Source: Patescibacteria group bacterium (lineage in GTDB: Bacteria > Patescibacteriota > Patescibacteriia > Patescibacteriales > UBA12465). From it: 64,000 bases of DNA. Both the position numbers and the translations under genes were made by a program. The notes under the pieces are model-generated. The model ran no database searches and was not told where the DNA came from. It was given only the letters and a program-made list of their open reading frames with translations. The stretch is from assembly GCA_050949525.1 (NCBI GenBank), contig JBMNFW010000001.1, forward strand, positions 143,890 through 207,889, in the 5' to 3' direction. Below are positions 1 through 9,815 of the stretch, one piece after another. Each line of letters begins with the position of its first letter. Position 1 is the stretch's first letter.

Positions 1-939
1 TGGTAGTTCATTTTGACATTCAGCTGGAGCTGTATTGAATCCGGTGCAAACTAAATCAAGTAAAGCTTGAGAATTACGATCAGGAGTAAAAATTTCTTGA
101 CCGTTAACAATTAGAGTCGGTGACCCTTGAACACCATATTTTTCATTATCAGCCTGATGAATTGGGAACATTGGATAAAGGCCTGATAACCAAGTGGATT
201 GGTCATTATATTTTTCAGTAATACCGTATTCTTTATCAGTAGCCTGAACACAGTTTAAAATATCAGCTTGACTAATTTTATTTTCAGTTAAGCAAAGAGC
301 GGAATTTCCTTTTAAGTTAAAACAGTTAAGATAAGGGATTAATTTATCTTTATTATCTTTTTGAACACAATATTGGGTTAACTGTTCATCTAATTCAACT
401 TTATCATGCATAGCATAAGTATTAAATTTTAATTCAAAGTTAACATTATTAGCACCTAAAGTTTCAATGACTGGTAATAGGGCTTTTTCCATTTGAGTTC
501 CATAAGGGCAATGGCTCATAACAAAAAGTTCAATATCTAGAATATCTTGTTTATTAGTTACCTCATCATCATAGTCGAAATTATTAGAAAATTTTTCGAT
601 TTCAAAAGATTGTGGAAAGAATAATGAGCCATCTTGGCTAATGTATGATTCAATTGGACTCATCTCGCCAACATCAACCATGATTTTGTATAACCCATAT
701 TCTTCTGAAATGTCAGAAATAGTAGCACTCATTCCTGGGGCCATTAAATTATCATTAATGAAGTTTTCTGCTTTTTCTCTCGCTTCCTCCATTCCTAATT
801 TAGGAGTAGGTTTAGTTTTAAAAAGTAGTAGACCTAATAAAATTAGAACTGCTACGGTAATAGAGATAAAAACAATTTTTTTCTCATTAGCATCTCCTTG
901 TCTCTTCAATTCCGGAGAAGCTTCTTTGTTTTGATTCAT
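1..939 (-). CDS. membrane-anchored thioredoxin-fold (DsbA-like) protein; C-terminus runs off the window
   Basis: Missing from the ORF track because it is open at position 1. My reverse translation from ATG (937-939, minus) gives MNQNKEASPELKRQGDANEKKIVFISITVAVLILLGLLLF (one TM helix), then ...LDIELFVMSHCPYGTQMEKALLPVIETLG... and ...YGVQGSPTLIVNGQ..., a DsbA/thioredoxin-like layout. The CxxC site reads CPYG. The frame stays open for all 313 codons. Confidence 0.6.
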   Translation of the reverse strand, partial: MNQNKEASPELKRQGDANEKKIVFISITVAVLILLGLLLFKTKPTPKLGMEEAREKAENFINDNLMAPGMSATISDISEEYGLYKIMVDVGEMSPIESYISQDGSLFFPQSFEIEKFSNNFDYDDEVTNKQDILDIELFVMSHCPYGTQMEKALLPVIETLGANNVNFELKFNTYAMHDKVELDEQLTQYCVQKDNKDKLIPYLNCFNLKGNSALCLTENKISQADILNCVQATDKEYGITEKYNDQSTWLSGLYPMFPIHQADNEKYGVQGSPTLIVNGQEIFTPDRNSQALLDLVCTGFNTAPAECQNELP

Positions 940-969
940 AGTTTTTTTCTTAATTTTTATTAATAACTA

Positions 970-2301
970 TTATATCTTAACAATTTTAAACAAAAATAAC
1001 AAGCCCAGAATAATGGATAAAGTGATTAAATATTTAAAAAAACTATTTTTATCATTTTTCTTTTCTAGAGTCCAAGATTCTGGCATTAAAATATCGTTTT
1101 GCTCATTTTCTAGATTTTTTTCGCTTTCAATATCACTTAAAGATAAAGGGCAAAGACTTAGAGTCTTACTTTTTTCTCGCAGTAAACCACTAATGGTAAA
1201 AAATTCTCCTTCTTTTAGAGTGTGCCTAGGAATATTAGTATTTTTTCTTATATCGATTAAAATTTCATTCTGTCCATCGTCTAGATAAATCTGATTACTT
1301 TTGTTTTGAGTTATCTCTCCTTTTATTTTTTTTATTTGTCCAAGTTGTTGCGGTTTAAGTTCTGATATTTTTATTAATTCCGCTGATGGTGTTTTATTAT
1401 TTGATGAAATAATTTTTATATCATTCGCTTCCTTGGTTTTTATTTTATAGTTTATTAAAGGTTCTTGTCCGGTAACAGAGATTTGTCCTCGAACTTCTAT
1501 TCGATCACCTATTTTTATTTCTGGAAAAATTTTATGGTAGTTATACACCTGAAGCCCATAGATATTTTTATCATTATCATATTGATCGTGGATGTAGAAA
1601 TATTGTAATCCGAGAGTACCGGGTAAAACCGAAACTATGCCGGTTACTTTTACATAATCTTTATCTGAAGTGTTTTTAATATTTTTTAAACTAATATTTT
1701 TAAACTCTCGTTTCTTTTTTGCTGGGGCCTCTAGTTTTATTTTTATTATTTTTCCCTGAGAATTCCTTACTTTTATATTGGTATTTTCTAAATTATAATC
1801 AATTTGATTGTTAGGGTTGGTATTATTATATTTTATTCTTTTTAAAACTTGATCCTTAGCTGGATTAGGAGCTGGTTTGGTATAGTAATCATTAGTTTCA
1901 CCCCAACCTAATTTATCTATAATTTTATTATTTTGATTATAAAGAATTAGAGTATTATTTTTAGCTAATGAGGCTTGGCTGGAATATTTTAAATCACAAG
2001 CAATTTCATCACAAAGTTCAGGACTAGCGATTAAAAAATATCCTTGTGGTGGAATCTCTCCTTTAAAGTTTTTAGCTGATACCAAGTTACTAGTTTTTCC
2101 ACTAGCTGTTTTTTTCTGAAGACTAAAATTGTTTAGATTAATTATTTTTTGATTAGGATTATATAATTCTACTAATTCATGTTTAGTTCCGGAACTTTTT
2201 TCAATTAAAACTTGATTAATTAAAACCAGGGGTTCGGTTTGAGCTAGAACTTTTAAATTAGGAAATAAGATTATGAGAAAAAATAAAGCCAAATTTTTCA
2301 T
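970..2301 (-). CDS. secreted lamin-tail-domain (LTD) protein with two OB-fold-like segments and a C-terminal TM anchor
   Basis: 443-aa ORF. It has an N-terminal signal peptide (MKNLALFFLIILFPNLKVLAQ) and an LTD-like stretch (LINQVLIEKSSGTKHELVELYNPNQKIINLNNFSL). Two segments resemble OB folds of extracellular nucleases (VKVTGIVSVLPG...IEVRGQIS and IKGEITQNKSNQIYLDDG...FFTISGLL). The C-terminus is hydrophobic (LITLSIILGLLFLFKIV). Confidence 0.7.
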   Translation of the reverse strand: MKNLALFFLIILFPNLKVLAQTEPLVLINQVLIEKSSGTKHELVELYNPNQKIINLNNFSLQKKTASGKTSNLVSAKNFKGEIPPQGYFLIASPELCDEIACDLKYSSQASLAKNNTLILYNQNNKIIDKLGWGETNDYYTKPAPNPAKDQVLKRIKYNNTNPNNQIDYNLENTNIKVRNSQGKIIKIKLEAPAKKKREFKNISLKNIKNTSDKDYVKVTGIVSVLPGTLGLQYFYIHDQYDNDKNIYGLQVYNYHKIFPEIKIGDRIEVRGQISVTGQEPLINYKIKTKEANDIKIISSNNKTPSAELIKISELKPQQLGQIKKIKGEITQNKSNQIYLDDGQNEILIDIRKNTNIPRHTLKEGEFFTISGLLREKSKTLSLCPLSLSDIESEKNLENEQNDILMPESWTLEKKNDKNSFFKYLITLSIILGLLFLFKIVKI

Positions 2302-2349
2302 ATAGAATTTGGCTTTATAATAATATTAAGTATTTAAAAATATCTTAAA

Positions 2350-3105
2350 TTATTTTAATCTCTTTAAAGCTTCTTTTAAATCAGAACTTATTTCTAAAGA
2401 GTATTCTTTCTTTTGCCCATCTTGATCAATAAAGCCAAGATGGTTAGCCATTAAGAAAATTCTTCCCAGATTTATTTTTTTATTTTTTATCTTAGTTTTC
2501 TTATTGGCGTATAAGTTGTCACCAACTAAGGGATGACCATAAGCTGAAAAATGGACCCTGATTTGATGAGTTCGTCCTGTGGTTATTTGTATATTTAATA
2601 AAGTGTAGTTGATGAGTCTTTTTAAAACTGAATATTTAGTTAAGGCAAGGCGAGACTTTTCTCGAGCTTTCAAATTGCCCTCATCTCGATTAGATAAAGC
2701 TTCTTCTTTCATGCTCTTAGGTAAGCAGGCCATTTTATGACCTTGACTAGAGCGAACAATGGAAAAATCAATTACATCTTCATCTCGAGGTACTTGACCA
2801 AAGACTAGAGCTATATAACCCTTATCTATTTTTCGTTTTTTAAATAGGTTTTTATAATATTCGAATGCTTCATTATTTTTCGGGATAATCATTAAACCGC
2901 TCGCTTCTTTATCAAGACGATGAACTATAGCCGGTCTCATTGGATCTTCACCTATCTTAGCTAAGTCGGGATATTTATCTAAGAGAAAATCAACTAAGGT
3001 TTTTTCTTTAATAACTGTTCCACCGTGAACTATTAAACCAGCCGGTTTATTAATTATTAAATAATTTTTTGTTTCATCAATAATTTGTATTTTATTTTCT
3101 AACAT
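2350..3105 (-). CDS. RluA-family pseudouridine synthase
   Basis: HRLDKEASGLMII catalytic-Asp motif and TGRTHQIRVH motif. I chose the start at the internal ATG 3103-3105 (MLENKIQIIDE...) because the longer ORF to 3183 overlaps the upstream flippase gene by 71 nt. Confidence 0.85.
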   Translation of the reverse strand: MLENKIQIIDETKNYLIINKPAGLIVHGGTVIKEKTLVDFLLDKYPDLAKIGEDPMRPAIVHRLDKEASGLMIIPKNNEAFEYYKNLFKKRKIDKGYIALVFGQVPRDEDVIDFSIVRSSQGHKMACLPKSMKEEALSNRDEGNLKAREKSRLALTKYSVLKRLINYTLLNIQITTGRTHQIRVHFSAYGHPLVGDNLYANKKTKIKNKKINLGRIFLMANHLGFIDQDGQKKEYSLEISSDLKEALKRLK

Positions 3106-3112
3106 ATGTTTA

Positions 3113-4552
3113 TTATTTTGAATTTGGTAATAAAGCTTCGATATCTTGACGACTAAAGCCTTTAAAAAAATATAATAAACCAAAGTATATGAGGATAGCT
3201 AAGGCGATTATTAATAATAGGAGGTAATTATTTTGATAATAAGTTCTAGGTATAATGAATAAGAATAATGACATACCTAAACTAGCTAATAGAGATTGGC
3301 CAATTATTTTTAAACGAGGACTAAAGCCGCTGTATTTTTTAACATAATACACTACGCCTAATAATATTAAAATATTACTATAAATAGTAACTAAAGAAGC
3401 TCCGAGATAGGAAAATTTAGGGATTAAGATGAAGTAAAGTAGAAGAGAACTGAGACTAGTAAAAATATATAATCCGATTAATTTTTTTTGTTTATCAATA
3501 GCAATTATTAAATGAGAAAAAATTGAACTAATAAAAAGTAGAGCGGTGGAAGTAATTAAGAATTGTAGAGCTAGTCCACTTTCGGAAAATTCGGCACCAG
3601 CTATGAGACTAATTATTTCTTTGGCTACAAATTGGGTTCCGATAGCTAAGGGTAGAGCTAAGATAATCATTAAATCAAAAGACTTTTGTGATATTTTTTT
3701 AAAAAAATCAAAGTTTTTTTGTAGCCAATTAGTGGTAAACAGAGGTAACATAATGCCAGCAAACATATAGGGGATGGTACCGATCACTTCAATAGTTCGA
3801 TAGGAAGCTCCATATATTCCCACCTCCTCTATTCCTTGGAATAAAGATAGAATAATTAAATCCCCCTTTTGGTATAGAAGATTTAAGATAATAGTTAGGG
3901 CTAGAGGCCAAGATTTTTTAATAATTTTTTTCCAAACTTTTTTATCAAAAGCTAATTTAATTTTAGCTTCTCTTTTTCCTAATATCCAACTTAAAGCAAA
4001 ATTACTGAAAGCTCCTAAAACGGAAGCCCATAAAATTCCGTTTAGTCCTCCATTTAGTTGTATGGATAAAAATATTCCAATTAGCAAAATTATTTTAGAA
4101 GAAACCTCTGCTATCATTGCTTGCTTCATTTTTAATGTTTTTTGAAATAAAGCAATTAGGATTTGATTTAGGGCGGGAAAGATATATGAGATAGTGGCAA
4201 TTAAAACTCCAATTACTATCACTGAGTCATAAGGGAAAAGTAGAACACTGATTGGAGCTAGACTTAGTATAATTAGAGCTGATACCAATCGAAGAGAAAA
4301 TAAATTGCTCAAAGTTTTGTCCTGATCTTCTTGAGGGTCACTAATCATTTGAGCGCTAACTAAAGTTAAGCCTAGATCGGCTGACATAGCAAAAAAAGAA
4401 ACAAAAGTTATAATAGTTGAGTATTGACCAAAACCATTAGTTCCTAAATACCTAGTCATTAAGGCTAAGGCTGCTACTCCGAGAAGAGTTGAGACCGCCT
4501 TACCTATGATTTGAATTATAGTATTTTGAGCTACTCTTTTTTTGAGATTCAT
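3113..4552 (-). CDS. MOP/Wzx-type polysaccharide (lipid-linked oligosaccharide) flippase
   Basis: 479 aa with about 12-14 hydrophobic helices. The N-terminus MNLKKRVAQNTIIQIIGKAVSTLLGVAALALMTRYLGTNGFGQY is typical of the polysaccharide-biosynthesis (Wzx/MurJ superfamily) proteins. Confidence 0.8.
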   Translation of the reverse strand: MNLKKRVAQNTIIQIIGKAVSTLLGVAALALMTRYLGTNGFGQYSTIITFVSFFAMSADLGLTLVSAQMISDPQEDQDKTLSNLFSLRLVSALIILSLAPISVLLFPYDSVIVIGVLIATISYIFPALNQILIALFQKTLKMKQAMIAEVSSKIILLIGIFLSIQLNGGLNGILWASVLGAFSNFALSWILGKREAKIKLAFDKKVWKKIIKKSWPLALTIILNLLYQKGDLIILSLFQGIEEVGIYGASYRTIEVIGTIPYMFAGIMLPLFTTNWLQKNFDFFKKISQKSFDLMIILALPLAIGTQFVAKEIISLIAGAEFSESGLALQFLITSTALLFISSIFSHLIIAIDKQKKLIGLYIFTSLSSLLLYFILIPKFSYLGASLVTIYSNILILLGVVYYVKKYSGFSPRLKIIGQSLLASLGMSLFLFIIPRTYYQNNYLLLLIIALAILIYFGLLYFFKGFSRQDIEALLPNSK

Positions 4553-4611
4553 TTGTTTTTTTTAAGAAATAAGTTATAATATAAGGAGTTAATAAAATAT
4601 ATCATAATTTT

Positions 4612-5064
4612 ATGAAAAAAGCGAAAAACATTTTATTTATTTCTATTCTTTTTTTAGGATTTTCCATTCAGCCAGTTTTAGCTGGTGATCCTTCACCAAC
4701 TCCTGATCAACAACCAAGCTATTGGGATATGCAGGTTGGAATGGATGTGATTGGATCTTCTTTTGGAGAGGAAGTGGGGCAGGTAACTGATGTGAGGATT
4801 CGAGTAGTTAGAATTATTAATGTAGCTTTAACCATTCTAGGATTATTAGTGGTGGTTTTAATCATTTTTGCTGGTTTTAGATGGATGACAGCTGGAGGAA
4901 ATGAGGACACTGTTAAAAATGCTCAAGGAATACTTAAAAATGCTATTATTGGTTTAATTATAATTATACTAGCTTGGTCTATATCTCGTTTCATTTTAAT
5001 TCGTTTAGAGAAAATTACTACTAATCAACCAGATTATTTAAATCCTCAGCCTAATAACCAATAG
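4612..5064 (+). CDS. small secreted membrane protein, T4SS-pilin-like (TrbC/VirB2-like) family
   Basis: 150 aa. Signal peptide, then two hydrophobic helices flanking the motif RWMTAGGNEDTVKNAQGILKNAIIGLIIIILAW. This resembles the type IV secretion system pilin family common in CPR genomes. Confidence 0.55.
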   Translation: MKKAKNILFISILFLGFSIQPVLAGDPSPTPDQQPSYWDMQVGMDVIGSSFGEEVGQVTDVRIRVVRIINVALTILGLLVVVLIIFAGFRWMTAGGNEDTVKNAQGILKNAIIGLIIIILAWSISRFILIRLEKITTNQPDYLNPQPNNQ

Positions 5065-5066
5065 TC

Positions 5067-5094
5067 TTGTTTTTTTTAAAAGCTTTGGTATAAT
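5067..5094 (+). promoter_or_regulatory. candidate sigma70 promoter of nusA (TTGTTT, 16 nt spacer, extended -10 TGgTATAAT)
   Basis: TATAAT at 5089-5094 preceded by TG at 5086-5087. -35-like TTGTTT at 5067-5072. Confidence 0.45.
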
Positions 5095-5100
5095 AATTAT

Positions 5101-5132
5101 ATAAAGCTAATTGATAATACAATTAGCTTTAT
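5101..5132 (+). promoter_or_regulatory. perfect 12-bp hairpin in the nusA leader
   Basis: ATAAAGCTAATT (5101-5112), 8-nt loop, AATTAGCTTTAT (5121-5132). It lies between the candidate promoter and the nusA ATG. Confidence 0.4.
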
Positions 5133-5155
5133 ATTTGATAAATAAATTTTAAAAT

Positions 5156-6412
5156 ATGTCAGAATTAATAAGTGCTATTAAGCAAGTTTGTGAAGAAAAA
5201 AAGATTGAATATGATTTAGTTATATCAGCTATTGAAGCTTCTTTGGCGGCGGCTTATCGTAAGGATTATGGGAATAAAATGCAGAATATTAAAGTTGAGT
5301 TTAATCCTGAGACAGCTAAGACTAAAATTTTTGATATTAAAACTATTGTTGAAGATTTAACTGAAGAGGAGCAAAAAGAATTAGAAGAGTTTGAAAAACA
5401 AAGATTAGAAAACTTAGCTAAACGAGAACGAGGTGAGAAAATTGAGAAGAAGGAAGAAGCTTCTGGTTCAGCTGAGGGAGAAGAAACTGAAAAACGTTTT
5501 AATCCTAAAACTGAAATTCAATTAAAAGATGCTTTATTAATTAGAAAAGATGCTAAAGTTGGGGAAGAAATCATTTTTGATTTAGAGGCTCCGGAGGGTT
5601 ATGGTCGTATGGCAGCTCAAACTGCTAAGCAAGTAATTATTCAAAAAATTCGCGAGATTGAAAAAGAAACCATTTTTAGTGAGTTTAAAGATCAAGAAGG
5701 TCAAGTGGTTAATGGTTTAATTCAAAGAGTTGAAGGTCGCTTAGTTTTTATTGATTTAGAAAAAGCTATTGGAATATTACCACTTGATGAACAGATTTCG
5801 GGTGAGAAATATAATGTTGGTAATCGAATTAAAGTTTATATTAAAGAAGTACGATTAGGTCTTCGTGGTGCGGAAATAATTTTATCACGTAAGTCAGAAG
5901 AAATCGTTCGGCAAATATTTATTTTAGAAATTCCTGAAATTGCTAATGGTTTAGTTGAAATTAAAGGTGTAGCTCGAGAGGCTGGTTCTCGTTCTAAAGT
6001 AGCTATCTATACTGATTCGGAAAATATTGATCCGGTAGGATCTTGTGTGGGGCAACGAGGAGTTCGAATTCAAACTATTATTAATGAGTTAGGGGGAGAG
6101 AAGGTTGATATTATAGAATATAGTGATGATCCAGCTCGATTTATTAGTAATGCTTTAGCTCCGGCTAAGATTTTAAGTTTAGAAATTGATGAAGCTAATA
6201 AAAAGGCAGTAGTTAAAGTTGATGAAGATAAATTATCTTTAGCGATTGGAAAAAACGGTCAAAATGTTCGTTTAGCGGCTCGATTAACTGGTTGGAAGAT
6301 CGACATATTGAGTCCGGAACAGGAAGTGGCGACTAATAGTTCAGCTGATGATATTATAGTAGAAAAAATAAATCCAGAAGAGGAGGAAGAAATAATAGAA
6401 GATAAAAAATAA
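5156..6412 (+). CDS. nusA: transcription termination/antitermination factor NusA
   Basis: 418 aa with an N-terminal domain, an S1 domain and two KH domains (GSCVGQRGVRIQTII; AIGKNGQNVRLAARLTGWKIDI). It carries a Glu/Lys-rich insertion (EEQKELEEFEKQRLENLAKRERGEKIEKKEE...). Confidence 0.93.
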   Translation: MSELISAIKQVCEEKKIEYDLVISAIEASLAAAYRKDYGNKMQNIKVEFNPETAKTKIFDIKTIVEDLTEEEQKELEEFEKQRLENLAKRERGEKIEKKEEASGSAEGEETEKRFNPKTEIQLKDALLIRKDAKVGEEIIFDLEAPEGYGRMAAQTAKQVIIQKIREIEKETIFSEFKDQEGQVVNGLIQRVEGRLVFIDLEKAIGILPLDEQISGEKYNVGNRIKVYIKEVRLGLRGAEIILSRKSEEIVRQIFILEIPEIANGLVEIKGVAREAGSRSKVAIYTDSENIDPVGSCVGQRGVRIQTIINELGGEKVDIIEYSDDPARFISNALAPAKILSLEIDEANKKAVVKVDEDKLSLAIGKNGQNVRLAARLTGWKIDILSPEQEVATNSSADDIIVEKINPEEEEEIIEDKK

Positions 6413-6450
6413 TTAATTTAATATATATATAATTAATCTTTCAAAATTTT

Positions 6451-8424
6451 ATGATGGAAGTTCTTATTATTGCTAGCCCAGTGTTAGCTATAGTTTTTGG
6501 GGCAATTTTGATTGAAAAAATTTCTCGACAAGATCGAGGTAATTTTAAAATGAGAGAAATTGCTCAAGCTATTCAAGAAGGAGCTAAAACCTTTTTAAAA
6601 AGAGAATATATTTATTTGGCTATTTTTGCCTTAATTTTAGCCATTGTTTTAGCTGTTTTTATTGACAAATTAACCGCCTTTAGTTTCGTATTAGGAGCTG
6701 TTTTATCAGCTTTAGCTGGCTATATTGGCATGATGGTAGCTACTATGTCCAATTCTCGGACTGCTCAAGCTGCTCGAGCCGGTCTTAATCCAGCCCTAAA
6801 AGTAGCTTTTTCTAGTGGAACTACTATGGGTATGATGGTAGCTGGATTTGGTTTACTAGGTCTCAGTGTTTTATATTTAACCATCAAAGATCCAGTGGTT
6901 ATTAATGGTTATGCTTTGGGAGCTAGTTTAATAGCTTTATTCGCTCGAGTTGGTGGCGGAATTTATACTAAAGCGGCTGATGTTGGATCAGATTTAGTAG
7001 GTAAAATTGAGGCTGGAATTCCTGAAGATGATCCTCGTAACGCTGGAGTTATTGCTGATAATGTAGGTGATAATGTTGGTGATGTAGCTGGTATGGGAGC
7101 TGATCTTTTTGAATCCTATGTGGGATCTATGATTGCTACTATGACTTTAGGAATAGTAAGTTTTGGTTTTGAAAGTGTTATTTTACCATTAGTAATATCA
7201 GCAGCTGGAATTTTAGCTTCTATTTTTGCTTCTTTTTTTGTTCGAGCTAAAAAAGATTCAAATTTAGGTTCAGTTTTAGAGCGAGGTACTTGGATTAGTG
7301 CTTTAGTAGTTATAATTCTTAGTTATTTTATTGTTGATAAGTTTATTGGAATGGGGGTTTTTAAAGGATTTGGAGTTTTTTATGCTATTGTAGCTGGTTT
7401 AGTAGCTGGAGTTTTGATTGGTAAAATTACTGAATATTATACTTCTGATCATTTTAAGCCGGTTAAAGATATTGCTGAAGCTTCTAAAACTGGCCCCGCT
7501 ACTAATATTATTAGTGGTTTATCAGTTGGAATGAGAAGTACCGTTCTTCCTATTATCGTTATTGTAGCCGCTATTTTAGTTTCATATCATTTTGCTGGTA
7601 TTTATGGTGTTGCGATTGCCGCCATTGGAATGTTATCAACTGTTAGTATGACAGTGGCAGTTGATGCTTATGGTCCAGTAGCTGATAATGCTGGAGGTAT
7701 TGCTGAAATGGCCCAGTTAGAACCGGAAGTTAGACAAGTAACTGATCAATTAGATTCAATGGGTAATACTACTGCGGCTATTGGTAAGGGTTTTGCTATT
7801 GGTAGTGCTGCTTTAACTTCTTTAGCTTTGTTTGCTGCTTATACGGAAGTAGCTGGTTTAAGTTCAATTGATATTACTGATGCTCGAGTAGTATCAGGAT
7901 TATTTATTGGTGGATTAATAGCTTACTTTTTTACTGCTCATACTATGCAGGCTGTTGGCAAAGCTGCCTCTTCTTTAATCACTGAAATTAGACGTCAGTT
8001 TCGAGAAATTACTGGATTAATGGAGGGAAAGGCTAAGCCAGAATATGCTCGTTGCGTTGACATTAGCACTAAAGCTGCTTTAAAAGAGATGATTGTTCCA
8101 GGTGTGTTAGCAGTGGTTATTCCGATAGCGGTTGGATTAATTCCGTTTTTAGGTAAGGAAGCTTTGGGTGGTTTGTTAGGGGGAGCTTTAGTTGTTGGAG
8201 TATTACAAGCTATTTACATGGCTAATGCTGGAGGAGCCTGGGATAATGCCAAGAAATATATTGAAGCTGGTAATTTAGGTGGCAAAGGTAGTGAACCTCA
8301 TAAAGCGGCGGTGGTTGGAGATACAGTTGGAGATCCATTTAAAGACACTTCTGGTCCATCTCTTAATATTTTAATTAAATTAATGAGTATCATTTCTTTA
8401 GTATTTGTGCCTTTATTCTTTTAA
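6451..8424 (+). CDS. hppA: membrane-bound ion-translocating pyrophosphatase
   Basis: 657 aa, polytopic. Signature motifs [38 protein letters not shown] and [21 protein letters not shown]. Confidence 0.95.
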   Translation: MMEVLIIASPVLAIVFGAILIEKISRQDRGNFKMREIAQAIQEGAKTFLKREYIYLAIFALILAIVLAVFIDKLTAFSFVLGAVLSALAGYIGMMVATMSNSRTAQAARAGLNPALKVAFSSGTTMGMMVAGFGLLGLSVLYLTIKDPVVINGYALGASLIALFARVGGGIYTKAADVGSDLVGKIEAGIPEDDPRNAGVIADNVGDNVGDVAGMGADLFESYVGSMIATMTLGIVSFGFESVILPLVISAAGILASIFASFFVRAKKDSNLGSVLERGTWISALVVIILSYFIVDKFIGMGVFKGFGVFYAIVAGLVAGVLIGKITEYYTSDHFKPVKDIAEASKTGPATNIISGLSVGMRSTVLPIIVIVAAILVSYHFAGIYGVAIAAIGMLSTVSMTVAVDAYGPVADNAGGIAEMAQLEPEVRQVTDQLDSMGNTTAAIGKGFAIGSAALTSLALFAAYTEVAGLSSIDITDARVVSGLFIGGLIAYFFTAHTMQAVGKAASSLITEIRRQFREITGLMEGKAKPEYARCVDISTKAALKEMIVPGVLAVVIPIAVGLIPFLGKEALGGLLGGALVVGVLQAIYMANAGGAWDNAKKYIEAGNLGGKGSEPHKAAVVGDTVGDPFKDTSGPSLNILIKLMSIISLVFVPLFF

Positions 8425-8449
8425 TTAGAATAATTTACTTCATTTAAAA

Positions 8450-8478
8450 GTGGGGGCTTTTAAGGTCCCCGCTTTTTT
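8450..8478 (+). terminator. rho-independent terminator after hppA
   Basis: GTGGGGGC (8450-8457) pairs with GGTCCCCGC-type arm (8465-8472), including G.U pairs. Followed by a T6 run. Confidence 0.7.
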
Positions 8479-8486
8479 GTTATAAT
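8478..8486 (+). promoter_or_regulatory. extended -10 element (TGtTATAAT) upstream of tig
   Basis: TG at 8478-8479 and TATAAT at 8481-8486, 34 nt before the tig ATG. Confidence 0.4.
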
Positions 8487-8519
8487 AATTAAATCTAATA
8501 ATTAATAATTTTAAAAATT

Positions 8520-9806
8520 ATGAAAGTTGATCGTAAAGATTTAGAAAAATCGTTGATTGAGTTATCAGTGGAAGTGAGTTTAGAGGAATTAGAGCCTTAT
8601 ATAATCAAGGGGGCTGAAAGTTTATCTAAAGAGGTTAAGATTGAGGGTTTTCGTCCCGGAAAAGTACCACTAGAAATTCTTAAACAAAAAATAGGGGAAA
8701 TGCCAATTCTAGAAGAAGCAGCTCGACTTATAATCAATAAACAGATTGATGATGTCATTTTATCCAATACTAAAGATAAACAAATTGTGGGGCGACCAGA
8801 AGTTAATATTACTAAATTAGCTCCCGGTAATCCTTTAGAGTATAAAATTACATTAATTAGTTTACCAGAAATTAAATTGGGAGAGTATAAGGATTTAGGT
8901 TTTAAAAAGGAGGATGTTAGTGCTAGCTCTGAGGATATTAATAAATTAATGAATAATTTGTTAGAAATGAGAGCAGTAGAAAAAATATCTGATCAAGTTA
9001 TTAAAGATGGTGATAAAGTTTTAGTTTCTATTAATTTGTTTTTAGATAAAGTTCCAGTTGAAGATGGTCAAAGCTCTGAAACTACAGTTATAATTGGTAA
9101 GAATTATTTAATTGATGGTTTTGATAAAAATCTTTTAGGATTAAAAAAGGGTGAAGAAAAAAGCTTTTCTTTGGTTTATCCTAAGGATCATTACAAAAAA
9201 AATTTAGCTGGAAAAAAGGTAGAGTTTAAAGTTAAGATTAAGGAAGTTTATGATCGACAAGTACCCGAAGCTAGTGATGAAATAGCTCAGGCTTTTCGGT
9301 TTAAAAATTTAAAAGATTTAGAAGATAACTTAAAGACCAGTATTGAAAGTCAAAAAAAGAGAGATTTTGAAATAAAGCTGGAGTCACAAATTATTGATAA
9401 AATTATTGATAAAACTAAGTTTGGTGAAATTCCTGAGGAGTTAATTAAGAATGAATCTGAAATAATGTTAAGGGAAATAGAACAAAGTGTTTTATCTCAG
9501 GGGGGAAAATTTGAAGATTATTTAAATAGTATAAAAAAGAATCAAGAGCAGTTAAGGTTGGATATTTTACCTCAAGCTGTTCAAAGAGTTAAAGGAGCTT
9601 TAGTTTTACGTGAGATAGCCAAGTTAGAAAAGATTAAAGTTGAGGATAAGGAGATTGAAGTTGAATTAGATAAGGCTCGAGAGAGTTCTAAAGGTAATGC
9701 GGAGGCTTTAAAAAGCATTAATAGTCCAGCTTATCGTTCTTATTTAAATAATTTTTTAATAAATCAAAAAACAGTTGATCAATTAAAAGACTGGAATTTA
9801 TCTTAA
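8520..9806 (+). CDS. tig: trigger factor
   Basis: 428 aa. N-terminal ribosome-binding signature IEGFRPGKVP, a central FKBP-like region and a C-terminal helical arm. Confidence 0.92.
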   Translation: MKVDRKDLEKSLIELSVEVSLEELEPYIIKGAESLSKEVKIEGFRPGKVPLEILKQKIGEMPILEEAARLIINKQIDDVILSNTKDKQIVGRPEVNITKLAPGNPLEYKITLISLPEIKLGEYKDLGFKKEDVSASSEDINKLMNNLLEMRAVEKISDQVIKDGDKVLVSINLFLDKVPVEDGQSSETTVIIGKNYLIDGFDKNLLGLKKGEEKSFSLVYPKDHYKKNLAGKKVEFKVKIKEVYDRQVPEASDEIAQAFRFKNLKDLEDNLKTSIESQKKRDFEIKLESQIIDKIIDKTKFGEIPEELIKNESEIMLREIEQSVLSQGGKFEDYLNSIKKNQEQLRLDILPQAVQRVKGALVLREIAKLEKIKVEDKEIEVELDKARESSKGNAEALKSINSPAYRSYLNNFLINQKTVDQLKDWNLS

Positions 9807-9815
9807 AATTTTAGT

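Noticed and set aside
641-934. 97-aa plus-strand ORF from the track
   Set aside because: It is antisense to a much longer open frame (1-939, minus) that has a TM helix and a thioredoxin-fold layout. Low-complexity shadow ORF.
1013-1288. 91-aa plus-strand ORF inside the LTD gene
   Set aside because: Antisense shadow of the 443-aa minus-strand gene. Its composition (F/S/L-rich) is typical of the reverse frame of an AT-rich gene. The same judgement applies to 3546-3770, 4719-4910, 12338-12583, 14386-14580, 17947-18144, 21875-22075, 36177-36365, 46024-46257, 47945-48148, 48623-48856, 49105-49311, 49885-50136, 53707-53892, 54614-54820, 56916-57116, 57911-58210, 60547-60897 and 61431-61676.
3106-3183. 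N-terminal extension of the pseudouridine synthase ORF
   Set aside because: The extension overlaps the 3' end of the upstream flippase gene by 71 nt and adds a non-conserved hydrophobic peptide. The internal ATG at 3105 gives a normal RluA-family N-terminus.
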